Shown: positions 1-8,961 of the stretch, in pieces | How the letters are laid out: each line of letters begins with the position of its first letter | Numbering within the stretch: the first letter of the stretch is position 1 | IMG/VR virus record: IMGVR_UViG_3300031758_000060 | DNA length: 64,000 nucleotides | Strand: one strand, 5' to 3' | Source of the DNA: an uncultured virus (IMG/VR IMGVR_UViG_3300031758_000060) | Lineage: Duplodnaviria; Heunggongvirae; Uroviricota; Caudoviricetes | The notes under the pieces: generated by a model | Told to the model about the DNA's origin: nothing | What the model saw: the letters and a program-made list of their open reading frames with translations, nothing else | Databases searched by the model: none | Translations under genes and position numbers: made by a program

Positions 1-2
1 AG

Positions 3-251
3 GGAGGATATGACTACCGCACTTACGACGACAACGAGAACTATCGTAATGAATGGGACAAGCGCAACCCAAACCATAAAGGCTGGGTGGAGCCCCTCTA
101 CACCCACCCACCCCGCCGCGAGTGGCGGTCGTTGAGCGAGGAGGAGATCAAAGCGCTTTCTAACGATTGCTATGACGGCGGGCATACCAACCCGATGATT
201 CTGTTTGCCCGCGCCATCGAGGCCGCTTTAAGGAGCAAGAACCATGAGTGA
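3..251 (+). CDS. Small phage early protein, 5'-truncated
   Basis: Own translation of frame 3: ...EPLYTHPPRREWRSLSEEEI...FARAIEAALRSKNHE*, a common small-phage-protein ending; overlaps the next start. Confidence 0.7.
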   Translation, partial: GGYDYRTYDDNENYRNEWDKRNPNHKGWVEPLYTHPPRREWRSLSEEEIKALSNDCYDGGHTNPMILFARAIEAALRSKNHE

Positions 252-447
252 ACAACCCGAAGCCCTGCGGCTGGCGGATGATCTTGGGCGTTGGTACGCA
301 GCGGGATCGACTCCTGAACAAGCCGCCGCCGAACTGCGCCGCCTGCACCACAACAACCAAGTGCTGAAGGACGCCTTGTGGAGAGCCTGCGGCGACGATG
401 AGGAAGCAGTCAACGCAACCATTGCGTCTGAAGGAGAACTGAAGTGA
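244..447 (+). CDS. Hypothetical phage protein (QPEALRLAD...AAAELRRL type)
   Basis: AGGAG RBS upstream; coupled to neighbours. Confidence 0.7.
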   Translation: MSEQPEALRLADDLGRWYAAGSTPEQAAAELRRLHHNNQVLKDALWRACGDDEEAVNATIASEGELK

Positions 448-497
448 CCATACAACCAGATGCACTGCGGCCGGCCGAGGCCGAGGAGCAAGCATGA
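444..497 (+). pseudogene. 17-codon remnant of a paralogue of 244..447
   Basis: GTG start overlaps the previous stop and its stop overlaps the next ATG; VTIQPDALR resembles MSEQPEALR. Confidence 0.4.
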
Positions 498-781
498 ACC
501 GCGACGTCTGCGAACACTTCAACCCAGCGCCGTGCGCCGGGTGCAGGCGGCTGCAGTTGGCCAACATCATTGAGCAAGACCCAACAACCACTTGGGGCTA
601 CCGAGAAGCGGCGCATGCTGCCGCTGCCGAGCTGCGCCGGTTGAGCGCGGAGAACAAGGAACTGCTGGAGTTGCTGAAAGATGCGCGCAGGATAGTTAGG
701 CAATTCAATTCGCGCAGCATTTCCGCGGATTGGTATGGCCGCGCCACTGACGCCATCGCGCGGGTGGAGGGGAAGGTATGA
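494..781 (+). CDS. Hypothetical phage protein (AAAELRRL motif)
   Basis: GAGGAG RBS, ATGA coupling, motif shared with 244..447. Confidence 0.7.
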   Translation: MNRDVCEHFNPAPCAGCRRLQLANIIEQDPTTTWGYREAAHAAAAELRRLSAENKELLELLKDARRIVRQFNSRSISADWYGRATDAIARVEGKV

Positions 782-1440
782 CCGAGCGCCCGATTCTCAT
801 GAAGGACCACGAGGTGCGCGCGACTCTGGCCAGCACGATGACCCAAATGCGGCGGGCAATCGAACCGCAGCCCGAGTGGGTAAACGAAAACGCTGGAAGC
901 TGGATCGCCATTGGCGAAGGTGGCATGGCCGGCCCTCGCAGCGATTGGCTGCACTGGCGAGGCGAGCGCGTCGTCCCAAACGATCCGCGCTGCCCCTACG
1001 GCCAACCCGGCGAACGGCTGTGGGGGCGGGAGACGTGGGCGCAGTTGGGTGATGGTGACATAGCCCGCAAAGCCACATGGCCTGACGCCGCGCACCTTGA
1101 CGACCCAGAACCAAAGTGGCGCCCGTCAGCCCACATGCCCCGCTGGGCCAGCCGCATCACTCTTGAAGTCACCGGCGTCCGCGTGGAGCGCCTGCAGGAC
1201 ATCAGCGAGGCGGATGCGATAGCGGAGGGAATCGAGCGCGGCGCTGGCTTCCCCGGGTGGTATCGCGGTCCGCTCGCAGGCGATTCAGCGTCACTGCAAC
1301 AGGCCGGCCGTGACTTCAAGATACCAACCGCTTTCCCCCATTTAGCCTACCGCGCGCTGTGGGAATCCATCCACGGCCCCGACTCCTGGGACGCCAACCC
1401 GTTTGTGTGGGTGGTGGAGTTTCGGAGGGTGACGCCATGA
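778..1440 (+). CDS. ASCH/PUA-like phage protein
   Basis: MTERPIL...TQMRR, CPYGQPGERLWGRETW, WRPSAHMPRWASRITLEVTGVRVERLQDISEADAIAEG, WDANPFVWVVEF. Confidence 0.8.
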   Translation: MTERPILMKDHEVRATLASTMTQMRRAIEPQPEWVNENAGSWIAIGEGGMAGPRSDWLHWRGERVVPNDPRCPYGQPGERLWGRETWAQLGDGDIARKATWPDAAHLDDPEPKWRPSAHMPRWASRITLEVTGVRVERLQDISEADAIAEGIERGAGFPGWYRGPLAGDSASLQQAGRDFKIPTAFPHLAYRALWESIHGPDSWDANPFVWVVEFRRVTP

Positions 1441-1640
1441 CCAGAGACGACATCATCCGCATGGCGCGGGAGGCTGGATGGAGCACCTTCGACTTGATTG
1501 ACCTTGAACGCTTCGCCGCCCTAGTCCACGCCGCAGGAGCCGCTGCCGAGCGCGAAGCCATCATTCAAAAGATTCCTGGAGGCCATAGCGTAGACCCTCA
1601 ATGGGTGTGCGACATGATCCGCGCTAGGAGCCAAGCATGA
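1437..1640 (+). CDS. Hypothetical phage protein (MTRDDIIRMAREAG...LERFAALV)
   Basis: ATGA overlap with the upstream stop; typical small phage protein. Confidence 0.75.
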   Translation: MTRDDIIRMAREAGWSTFDLIDLERFAALVHAAGAAAEREAIIQKIPGGHSVDPQWVCDMIRARSQA

Positions 1641-1840
1641 CCATTGCACTCTGGATATTCGGCGGGATCGTAACCAACACGGTTCTTGGGGCTGTGGTGT
1701 GGACTGCCATTGATCACGAGGACCAACGCTTTTACCGATGGTACTCAGCATGCCCGCCGGAAATCTCGTGGCTGCTACAGCCGCTTGTGTTGATGGCGTG
1801 GCCTGTCGGACTGTGGTTGTGGTGGAAAGGCAGAGCATGA
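1637..1840 (+). CDS. Small membrane protein
   Basis: Two hydrophobic segments; AGGAG RBS; ATGA coupling. Confidence 0.65.
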   Translation: MTIALWIFGGIVTNTVLGAVVWTAIDHEDQRFYRWYSACPPEISWLLQPLVLMAWPVGLWLWWKGRA

Positions 1841-2046
1841 GCAGAACGGTCTGCGGGACTTGCTGGAGCCCGTACATCGACGGGCGGTGTGATTGCCAAC
1901 CAGTCAGGCCCCAGCCCGTCGCATGGCGCTTCAAGACCAAGAACTACGAGCACGCCCTGTGGCGCCTGACCGACGACGCGGGGCTGGTCGAGCAGATGCG
2001 GGCCATGGGCGCGTGGGAAATCAGGCCCCTGGTGGAGCAGGAGTAA
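1837..2046 (+). CDS. Small Cys-containing hypothetical protein
   Basis: ATGA coupling at 1837; CGTC...CDC, QPVAWR. Confidence 0.6.
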   Translation: MSRTVCGTCWSPYIDGRCDCQPVRPQPVAWRFKTKNYEHALWRLTDDAGLVEQMRAMGAWEIRPLVEQE

Positions 2047-2049
2047 CCG

Positions 2050-4470
2050 TTGTCAGATTCAAATTCACCCTTCGCTCGCAGGGCCTACGCCTACATCGAG
2101 CGCGGCTACAGCGTCATCCCGATCGCACCCGGCACCAAGCGGCCTGGGGCCTGGAGCAAAGCCGATGGCTGGCGGGGCATGTCGGACTGGGAGAGGTTCA
2201 GCAAGCGCCTGCCCACCGAGATCGAACTGGAGCACTGGTATCAGTGGCCAGACGCCGGCATCGGCCTGTTGCTGGGAGAGTTGTCCGGGGTGGTCGCCCT
2301 GGACCGTGACTACGACACCAACGGCACCGACGCGCTGGACAAACTGATCCCCTGGACGCCCGTGAAGAAGAAGGGGGCCAAGGGCTACACCGCCTTCTTC
2401 CGGTACAGCGGCGAGCCCTCCATGTCGTTCAACATCGGCGGGGTGCGGGTGCTGGACGTGCTGAGCGCCGGCCGGCAGACCCTCATGCCCGGGACCATCC
2501 ACCCGGACGGCCACACCTACGTGTACCTGACCGAGGATCTGCTGGAAGACTTCGATCCGGTCAACCTGCCAATCCTGCCCCCTGACTTCCTGCTTCAGGT
2601 CGAGGCCATTCTGGCCCCGTACCAGACAGACACCGACAAGGTGCGCCGGCCCATCCAGCACCACGGCGACAGCGAGAAGATCAACACCGACCTGAGCATC
2701 CAGGCCGAGTATTTCCGAGACCTCAACAAGGTGGCGCTGGAGCGGCTGGAGGAGTGGGTGCCGCGCCTGATTCAGTCGGCCAAGCCTGAGAGAGAGGGCT
2801 ACCGCTGCGTTGCCATCTGGAGAGGGGTCAAGAACCCGAACGTGGGCATCCACCCGCGAGGCATCTTCGACTTCGGCGGCAACTACGGGATGACGCCGAT
2901 CGACCTCGTGATGTACTCGAACGGCCTGCCCTTCAACAAGGCGGCCGAAATCCTCAGAGCGTCACTGAGGATGAAGGAGCAGGAGCCCATTCAACTCACC
3001 GTTGGATCGGCCAAGCCCAGCCCCAAGCCCACAAGCGCCCCACCCCCGAGCAACGCCGCACCCTTACCCTGGCAGCAACTGCCCTGGCAGCAAACTGCAG
3101 CCAACCTGCCGCAGCCTGTGGTGTTGCCCAGCGCGACGTCGGTGGAGCCCGCGCCGGCCATCGAGGCGTTCCTGTTGAACCCACCCGGCATCCTCAAGAC
3201 CATCGCCGACTGGATCGCGGCCACTGCGCCCAAGGCCCAGCCCGAACTGTCCGTTGCTGCAGCAATCGCCCTGTGCGGCACGGTCATGGGCCGGGGCTAC
3301 CGCAGCCAGTACGGCAACTGGACGAGCCTGTACCTCGTGATGGTGGCCAAGAGCACAGAGGGCAAGGAGCACCCCCAGGCCAGCATTGAGAAGATCCTGG
3401 GCCACGCCAACCTGTCGGGCCTGATCGGGGGCAGTGGCTACACCTCGGCGGGCGCCGTGTTCTCGGCCTTGCTCAAGAGCCCAAACCACTTGGTCACGAT
3501 CGACGAGATGGGCAAGATGCTGAAGATGTCTCGCTCGAAGGGCCAGTCTCATAGCGAGGCGGCGATCGACAAACTGGTGGAGGCCTACGGGCGCCTGGAC
3601 GGCGTACTGAGACCACCAACCTACAGCACGATGAACTTGGCGCACGGCGCGCAACCGGCTGAGAGAGTGATCCACAACCCGGGCATCACCCTGCTTGGTG
3701 CGACGACACCGGGCACGTTCTGGGGCAACCTGTCGGACGATCTGGTGCATGACGGCTTCCTCGGCCGCTGCATCATCATCGAGTCGCGCCAGCCCAGGCA
3801 ACTGACCCGGTTCGTGGACCGCACCGAGCCGCCTGAGAGAGTGATCCAGTGGTGCAAGCAGGTCTACGTGCCCCTGGCCAAGGCCGAGGAGGGGAACCTG
3901 TCCAATCTGGTCGCGGCCGAGATCCCGCCGCATGTCGTGGCGCTGCCCTTCTCGGACGCCTGCACGCCGCACATGGAGAGGTTCGAGGAGGAGTTGAACG
4001 CGGCCAAGGAGGAGGCAGAGAGTGATTCCCTGGACGTGCTGCTGGGCCGAACGCTGGAGAAAGCCATGCGCCTTGCCATGATCGTGTGCAAGGCTGAGAG
4101 GCCGGAGAACCGCATGGTCGAGCCCGAGCACTTCCAGTGGGCCGTGCGCTACGTGCGGCACTACGACCTGTCCCTGGTGCGGGCCGTGCGTAGAGAGAGG
4201 TACGTCAACGAGGTGGACAAGGAACTCAAGGCTGTCGTTGAGCGCATCAAGCAGGCCAAGGCCTACGCGAAGAACCCCAAGCACCAGGAGAGATGGGGCA
4301 AGGTCTTTGCCACTGGCGGGCTGCCTCACTCCTTCTTGCTGCGAATGATGCACATGAAGGCCGCGGACTTCGACAAACTCATGACCACCGCCATGGAGTC
4401 TGGCCTCGTAGTCGGCGGGCCCAACCCGGAACTTGGTGCGGGAGTGTTCTACTACCTGCCCGAGGAATGA
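2050..4470 (+). CDS. Bifunctional primase-polymerase fused to a DUF3987-like helicase/ATPase
   Basis: N-terminal Prim-Pol motifs (GYSVIPI, GIGLLLG, VALDRD, PGTIHPDG); Pro-rich linker; Walker A-like AKSTEGKE and Walker B VTIDEMG; DGFLGR; TTG start after AGGAG. Confidence 0.85.
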   Translation: MSDSNSPFARRAYAYIERGYSVIPIAPGTKRPGAWSKADGWRGMSDWERFSKRLPTEIELEHWYQWPDAGIGLLLGELSGVVALDRDYDTNGTDALDKLIPWTPVKKKGAKGYTAFFRYSGEPSMSFNIGGVRVLDVLSAGRQTLMPGTIHPDGHTYVYLTEDLLEDFDPVNLPILPPDFLLQVEAILAPYQTDTDKVRRPIQHHGDSEKINTDLSIQAEYFRDLNKVALERLEEWVPRLIQSAKPEREGYRCVAIWRGVKNPNVGIHPRGIFDFGGNYGMTPIDLVMYSNGLPFNKAAEILRASLRMKEQEPIQLTVGSAKPSPKPTSAPPPSNAAPLPWQQLPWQQTAANLPQPVVLPSATSVEPAPAIEAFLLNPPGILKTIADWIAATAPKAQPELSVAAAIALCGTVMGRGYRSQYGNWTSLYLVMVAKSTEGKEHPQASIEKILGHANLSGLIGGSGYTSAGAVFSALLKSPNHLVTIDEMGKMLKMSRSKGQSHSEAAIDKLVEAYGRLDGVLRPPTYSTMNLAHGAQPAERVIHNPGITLLGATTPGTFWGNLSDDLVHDGFLGRCIIIESRQPRQLTRFVDRTEPPERVIQWCKQVYVPLAKAEEGNLSNLVAAEIPPHVVALPFSDACTPHMERFEEELNAAKEEAESDSLDVLLGRTLEKAMRLAMIVCKAERPENRMVEPEHFQWAVRYVRHYDLSLVRAVRRERYVNEVDKELKAVVERIKQAKAYAKNPKHQERWGKVFATGGLPHSFLLRMMHMKAADFDKLMTTAMESGLVVGGPNPELGAGVFYYLPEE

Positions 4471-4471
4471 C

Positions 4472-4493
4472 AAGGGGCCCCGAGGGGCCCCTT
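4472..4493. terminator. Hairpin between convergent genes (probable bidirectional terminator)
   Basis: AAGGGGCCCC-GA-GGGGCCCCTT inverted repeat. Confidence 0.7.
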
Positions 4494-4799
4494 TCACTGG
4501 CTGGCTTGCGCCTGCTCCACCTTGGCCTTGCGTGGCCTCTTGACCCCCTTGGGATAGGGTTTCTTGGCCTTGCCTGGGGGCCTGCCTCTGCGGGCTGGCT
4601 CCAGTGCGAAGGGCCTGCTCGTGGGGTCAATGACCGCGTAGCGCAATGGGATGTGCCACAACTTGCTTCCAGCGTCCTGCCAGCACCCTGGAAGGAAGTT
4701 GTTGGTCAAGCACCACCAGTACGCAACCCGAAGGGGCACGTTGTACCTGCGGGCCACGTCGCGTGGCCCCCAGTGCTTCTTGGGGGCCCGGACCCTCAC
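4494..4799 (-). CDS. Basic DNA-binding protein (HTH-like, AT-hook-like tail)
   Basis: DVARRYNVPLRVAYWWC, then RRGRPPG and KRPRK. Confidence 0.6.
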   Translation of the reverse strand: MRVRAPKKHWGPRDVARRYNVPLRVAYWWCLTNNFLPGCWQDAGSKLWHIPLRYAVIDPTSRPFALEPARRGRPPGKAKKPYPKGVKRPRKAKVEQAQASQ

Positions 4800-5329
4800 A
4801 GCAGGCCCCGCTCCGCGAACGACACCGCCCGGTCGTTGCCGACGATGATGTGATCCAGCACCCGCACGTCCACCATGCCAAGGGCAGACTTCAGCGTCTG
4901 GGTCAGGAACTCATCGGCACGGCTGGGCTCGGGCAAGCCCGAGGGGTGATTGTGGGCCAGGATGACGGCTGCAGCGTTGTGGCGCAGGCCAGACTTCACA
5001 ATCTCGCGGGGGTAGATGCTGGCCTGGGAAAGTGTCCCGGTGGATACGGTCTCCACGTCGATGATGTGGTGATGCGTGTTCAACCACATACACCAGAACT
5101 CTTCCCGCTCCAGGCCTGCAGCCTTGAGCATCAGGTACTGGCGCACCGCCTGGGGGGAGTCCATGGCGGGGCCTTTGTGCATCCTGCGGCGCAGGACTTC
5201 CATGGCCCGCTCGATGATGTCATCTTCTGACGGGTCCACGTTGTACGGGGCGGGGTCTTCGCTCCTGACGCTCGGTTGGATGACGGGCTGCAATGCTTGG
5301 GCCATGATGGGGTGAAGGGTGTTGCTCAT
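4796..5329 (-). CDS. radC: RadC-family JAB/MPN domain protein
   Basis: EREEFW, GTLSQASIYPREI, AVILAHNHPSG.PEPS.AD, VRVLDHIIVG; start placed at MSNTLH. Confidence 0.9.
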   Translation of the reverse strand: MSNTLHPIMAQALQPVIQPSVRSEDPAPYNVDPSEDDIIERAMEVLRRRMHKGPAMDSPQAVRQYLMLKAAGLEREEFWCMWLNTHHHIIDVETVSTGTLSQASIYPREIVKSGLRHNAAAVILAHNHPSGLPEPSRADEFLTQTLKSALGMVDVRVLDHIIVGNDRAVSFAERGLL

Positions 5330-5499
5330 TCGACGAACCTCGATGCTGCGTAGCCGACGCACAGGGCGCCGGCCAGGGTGATGATGGATGGGACGGCGGG
5401 CCACAGGCCCACCATCCAGGCAATGATGGTCACGCCCGACACAATGAGCGCGGCCACCATGACCAGGGCGGCTAGGTAGTTCAAGTCGGGGGGCCTCAA
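5326..5499 (-). CDS. Small two-TM membrane protein
   Basis: TTG start overlapping the upstream stop; two hydrophobic helices. Confidence 0.5.
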   Translation of the reverse strand: MRPPDLNYLAALVMVAALIVSGVTIIAWMVGLWPAVPSIITLAGALCVGYAASRFVE

Positions 5500-5819
5500 A
5501 ATGGCGCATCCGGCATGGATGCGTGGTCGGGCCTGGGCTCGCGCACGGGGCGCGCATCGGGGGGCGCCAAGGGGTAGTCCAGGGGTGCGGGAGGGAAGGG
5601 CCAGGGTTGCCCCTTGGCCTGGGCAATGGACACTTCCAGGCTGGCGTAATGGCTCGGGTGGATCGCCATACCCTTGAGTCTGGTAACCAGGGCCTGGGCC
5701 TCGGTCAGGACTGTCTCCAGTGCTGCGTTTTCCCGCTCCAGCCGCACCAGGGCACGGTGCCGGTCGTGTACGTCGCCCACCGTGCGCAGGGTTCTGTCTG
5801 CTTGGGCCATGTCGGTCAT
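5496..5819 (-). CDS. Hypothetical protein
   Basis: ATGA-coupled operon member; coiled-coil-like. Confidence 0.6.
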   Translation of the reverse strand: MTDMAQADRTLRTVGDVHDRHRALVRLERENAALETVLTEAQALVTRLKGMAIHPSHYASLEVSIAQAKGQPWPFPPAPLDYPLAPPDARPVREPRPDHASMPDAPF

Positions 5820-6337
5820 GCCTCGGCCCCCTCTTCTTCCTGCTCCTCCTCTTGCCGCTCCTGATACTCCCGCTCCTGCTCGGCTGCGGACTCGGCCATG
5901 CTGTCAGCGGCATAGGCTGCATCTTGAGCGTTGTTGTAGACCGTCCCGTCCACACTGGACGCCATGTTCTCGCCCATGCTCCACCCAGCCAGGAACCGGC
6001 CATGGGGCAGGGAGACCACAATGCCCCTGATCTTGCTGTCCTGGTGCTGGTCGCAGAACCATCCCGTGTGCCCGATGCGGACCCCGGAAACCTCGTCGGC
6101 CCATTCCCAGCGTCGGAAGGGTTGCCCGTCTCCGTGTCGCCCCTGCGGGCCCAGGTAGAACCCGCGTCCCGTGCCGGCCTTCTCGGGCCGAGGTGCGTGG
6201 AAGTACCCGCCGCAGTGCTGGCGCAGGTCGCGTTTCCTGCGCAGGGCATCGAGCCCACATGCCATGTCGGCCACGTACCGGGGCCACGCGAACCCGGCCC
6301 AGGTGAACTCAGGGGTAAGGGGGGTTAGGGGTTTCAT
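5816..6337 (-). CDS. Hypothetical protein with acidic C-terminus
   Basis: GGAGG RBS, ATGA coupling; GWFCD...IRGIVVSLPHGRFLAGW. Confidence 0.7.
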   Translation of the reverse strand: MKPLTPLTPEFTWAGFAWPRYVADMACGLDALRRKRDLRQHCGGYFHAPRPEKAGTGRGFYLGPQGRHGDGQPFRRWEWADEVSGVRIGHTGWFCDQHQDSKIRGIVVSLPHGRFLAGWSMGENMASSVDGTVYNNAQDAAYAADSMAESAAEQEREYQERQEEEQEEEGAEA

Positions 6338-6684
6338 GCTGCCACCTCCTGCGCAGCCCGTGCTGCCTGCCTCGCGTAGTGCTCGCGGGCCAAGGCCAAC
6401 GCCATGCCGGCCTGCTCCAGGTTTCGGGCGTGTTGCTCGCGCACAGACTTTTCGGTCACGCGGGCCTCGGTGGTTTCCATTCGCATCCTGAAGTCGCCGC
6501 TACCGTCCCTGCTCAGGCCAAAGCAATGCACCAGAAAATGACCGTCCCTTTTGCACACAGATGCCCTCGTGGCCAATCGACGGTCAAACTTCGACGTTTC
6601 GATATGCAGTTCACGATCTTCGCCCATTGGAATGATGGTCTTGGCTGTCCATCCATCAGGCTTCTTTGTCATGGTCGTTTCCAT
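6334..6684 (-). CDS. Hypothetical protein
   Basis: GAAGGA RBS; coupled to the next gene. Confidence 0.7.
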   Translation of the reverse strand: METTMTKKPDGWTAKTIIPMGEDRELHIETSKFDRRLATRASVCKRDGHFLVHCFGLSRDGSGDFRMRMETTEARVTEKSVREQHARNLEQAGMALALAREHYARQAARAAQEVAA

Positions 6685-6759
6685 CGTTCAATCCTTCGTT
6701 ACTTCAATCAGTGCGAAGACCGCACCCCCGAGGGCTCCAGCGAGCCCAAGGGGCTAGGG
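6685..6759 (-). promoter_or_regulatory. Structured intergenic leader (two hairpins before the RBS)
   Basis: Stems GTGCG/CGCAC and CCCC..GGGCTC/GAGCCC..GGGG next to TCCTTCG. Confidence 0.45.
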
Positions 6760-7140
6760 TCAGGCTCGCGGCCCGTTGCTGCGGGTGTCGTCGTCCACCC
6801 CACAGAAGGTGTCGGCAAAGACCGCATTGGCCTCAATGACAGCGTCCCAGCGATCGCCCATGCTGGCATCGGCCACGCAGTCCCAGCCGCCATTGCCCAG
6901 CACGATGACGGCGCAGTGGCTCTTGGGCTCTTCCGGGTGCTTGAACCGGATGGTGGACTCGTCCACGGCAAAGACAGCTTCCAGGGCCTCGGCCTCGGTG
7001 CTAACCCTCACCCGTTCCTCACCATCGTCCACGCAATGCAGGGCATAGCCTGCAGCCGTGGCGACCTGAATCAGGTTGGACACAATCTTGCGTTCGACCT
7101 CGATACGCTCGGCGATCTTGGGATCAAGGGGGGTGGTCAT
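6760..7140 (-). CDS. Hypothetical protein
   Basis: GGAGG RBS; acidic globular sequence (VDDGEE, VLGNGGWDCVAD). Confidence 0.7.
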   Translation of the reverse strand: MTTPLDPKIAERIEVERKIVSNLIQVATAAGYALHCVDDGEERVRVSTEAEALEAVFAVDESTIRFKHPEEPKSHCAVIVLGNGGWDCVADASMGDRWDAVIEANAVFADTFCGVDDDTRSNGPRA

Positions 7141-7394
7141 GCCTTGGCCTCCTCAATGCGAACCCTATGCGCGAAGGGCCCGTCGATGAACACATGGGCC
7201 CACCGGCCGGGGCTGACGAAACCTTGGGCCAATTCCCCGGTCCAGCCCTTGGAGCGAGCAAACTCGCAGGCTGCCCACATGTGGCGCTGCTCGATGCTGT
7301 GAAGGTGCCCGGGCTGCGGGAAACGGCGTCGGGTGTCCCCGTCGCTGGCTGTGATGTGGGCGGGCGGGCTCCACTTGGTCATGATGGCCTTCAT
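7137..7394 (-). CDS. Hypothetical protein
   Basis: ATGA-coupled operon member. Confidence 0.6.
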   Translation of the reverse strand: MKAIMTKWSPPAHITASDGDTRRRFPQPGHLHSIEQRHMWAACEFARSKGWTGELAQGFVSPGRWAHVFIDGPFAHRVRIEEAKA

Positions 7395-7639
7395 GCCTGA
7401 ATCTCCCCAGGTGGCAAGGCCAGTGCGGCACGAACCAGGGCAAGGGCCTTGGCCTCGGGCGAGCCGGGGTCGTCCTCCCAGCCCACCAAGATGCCTTCAG
7501 CGGCCCGCAGGGCCTGCAACATCGGAGCGTAGGCAGTCATCATCTGCGCGGCCAGCGTCAACTCAGCGGGGCCGAACTCGCCCCCACCGATCCACACCTT
7601 CAGCCGGTTACGGGCTGCGTATTCGAGGTTGGGAATCAT
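7391..7639 (-). CDS. Hypothetical protein
   Basis: Start at MIPNLEY by ATGA coupling. Confidence 0.6.
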   Translation of the reverse strand: MIPNLEYAARNRLKVWIGGGEFGPAELTLAAQMMTAYAPMLQALRAAEGILVGWEDDPGSPEAKALALVRAALALPPGEIQA

Positions 7640-7857
7640 GCCTCGGCCTCCTCTCGCACCCACACCCAGGCCTGAACCCAGGAACCATCTTCCCCGGTGC
7701 TGACGACAGCGTTATCGTCAATCTCCAGGTCGTCGCTCGCGTATTCGTCGCGGGCCCGCTGGATCAAGTCCAGGCGGGGGCAGTCGTCGCTGGCGCAGTG
7801 CTCGGGCTGGTCTGCTTCCAGGTCGCGCCCGCAGTGGGGGCAGTTGGTTTTGGTCAT
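7636..7857 (-). CDS. Small Zn-finger-like acidic protein
   Basis: CPHC...HC...C; EIDDNAVVS...GSWVQAWVWV. Confidence 0.65.
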   Translation of the reverse strand: MTKTNCPHCGRDLEADQPEHCASDDCPRLDLIQRARDEYASDDLEIDDNAVVSTGEDGSWVQAWVWVREEAEA

Positions 7858-8288
7858 GCCTTGCTCCCCTCAATCAATCGGCTCTCGATCCAGGCCACAA
7901 CGGGGCTCAGGTGCTCCCAGCCGATTTGCCACCCAGGCACACCGGCATACAGGTTCAGGCCAAAGCCCGGTGGATGGGCAACGATGGTAGGGGCCCGGTA
8001 GCGTTGGACGAATTGCCCCATCGGGCCAAACTTGGCCTTGTCCTGGCGGGTGTCGTAGAACTCGACCAAGGGATCGCCCCCGCTGTGTGTCAGGCAGTCG
8101 TTCAGGCCATACCGGCCACCCTTGCGGACGATCCGCACGGCCCAGGTGCCAACCCGGAAAGTGTCGGAGTCCAGCAGGTCACGAATCTCCGCGTCCAGGT
8201 CAGGGGGGACATCCCCACCGGCCCAGTAGTCGGCCACGCGGCGCAGCAGGTCTAGGGCTCGCGCCCCAGTGTCTTGTGTGGTGGTCAT
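7854..8288 (-). CDS. Hypothetical protein
   Basis: GRYGLNDCLTH...PLVEFYD...GQFVQRY; ATGA coupling. Confidence 0.65.
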   Translation of the reverse strand: MTTTQDTGARALDLLRRVADYWAGGDVPPDLDAEIRDLLDSDTFRVGTWAVRIVRKGGRYGLNDCLTHSGGDPLVEFYDTRQDKAKFGPMGQFVQRYRAPTIVAHPPGFGLNLYAGVPGWQIGWEHLSPVVAWIESRLIEGSKA

Positions 8289-8497
8289 GCTTCGCCCCCC
8301 AAGGTCGCCCGCTGGGCCAAGGCTTGGTTGACCTCTCCGGCCTTCTGCATGGCATCCAGCCATTCGACGAACGCCACGCGGGTGTCAGTCGGGTACATCG
8401 TGCCGTTGCCGCTGTAGTTGAGGATGCGCCTGCGGGGCAGGCTGGGATGCTGGGCCCAGAAGACCCGCCTCAATTCGCGTTGGGTGGTGATGGTCAT
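8285..8497 (-). CDS. Hypothetical protein
   Basis: GAAGGA RBS; TTQRELRRVFW...DTRVAFVEWLD. Confidence 0.65.
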   Translation of the reverse strand: MTITTQRELRRVFWAQHPSLPRRRILNYSGNGTMYPTDTRVAFVEWLDAMQKAGEVNQALAQRATLGGEA

Positions 8498-8563
8498 TCA
8501 GTACGTCCTTCGGTTGCGTGTCGGGGTGACACTGGCAAGCCCCCAGGCTTGCCGCTGGCCCCC
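8498..8563 (-). promoter_or_regulatory. Structured intergenic leader (two hairpins before the RBS)
   Basis: Stems GTGTC/GACAC and GGCAAGCC/GGCTTGCC next to TCCTTCG; same layout as 6685..6759. Confidence 0.45.
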
Positions 8564-8761
8564 TCACCAAGCCCGGGTCTTCACAACCCGCTCCCCCTCG
8601 CGCAGGGTCACGGCCCGGATGTCCCCCACCTGACCCTTGGGCCCGTACACAGCAGCCCAGGTGACATCTACATAGGCCTCGTGGGCCTCGTCGGCGTTGG
8701 GGTACTCGGACACGATCGCGGGGCCATCGTCGTAGTAGGACACCGTTACGGTATGGGTCAT
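8564..8761 (-). CDS. Hypothetical protein
   Basis: ATGA coupling, GGAGG RBS. Confidence 0.6.
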   Translation of the reverse strand: MTHTVTVSYYDDGPAIVSEYPNADEAHEAYVDVTWAAVYGPKGQVGDIRAVTLREGERVVKTRAW

Positions 8762-8961
8762 GCCCTGCCCTCCGCCCAATCGGCCACCACAGCCGCAGCC
8801 CAGCCGCAGCCCAGGCACAGGCCCGCACCGGCCACAGCCAGCACCGGGTGGATGCCCGATCCCTCGGTCAGGTAGGACGCACCCAGCAGGGCCAGCAGGC
8901 CAGCCCCCACCATCGACAGGCCCAGGGTCGCCCAGGCCATCCAGCACAGGGCCCGGGTCAT
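8758..8961 (-). CDS. Small two-TM membrane protein
   Basis: Two hydrophobic helices; GGAGG RBS. Confidence 0.6.
   Translation of the reverse strand: MTRALCWMAWATLGLSMVGAGLLALLGASYLTEGSGIHPVLAVAGAGLCLGCGWAAAVVADWAEGRA

Noticed and set aside
3067..3092. Tandem CCCTGGCAGCAA duplication (PWQQLPWQQ) in the primase linker
   Set aside because: Small slippage duplication in a disordered linker; no evidence of function
4796..5626. 276-aa N-terminally extended RadC as listed in the ORF track
   Set aside because: The extension overlaps two better-supported coupled genes; GAGG RBS and ATGA coupling support the start at 5329
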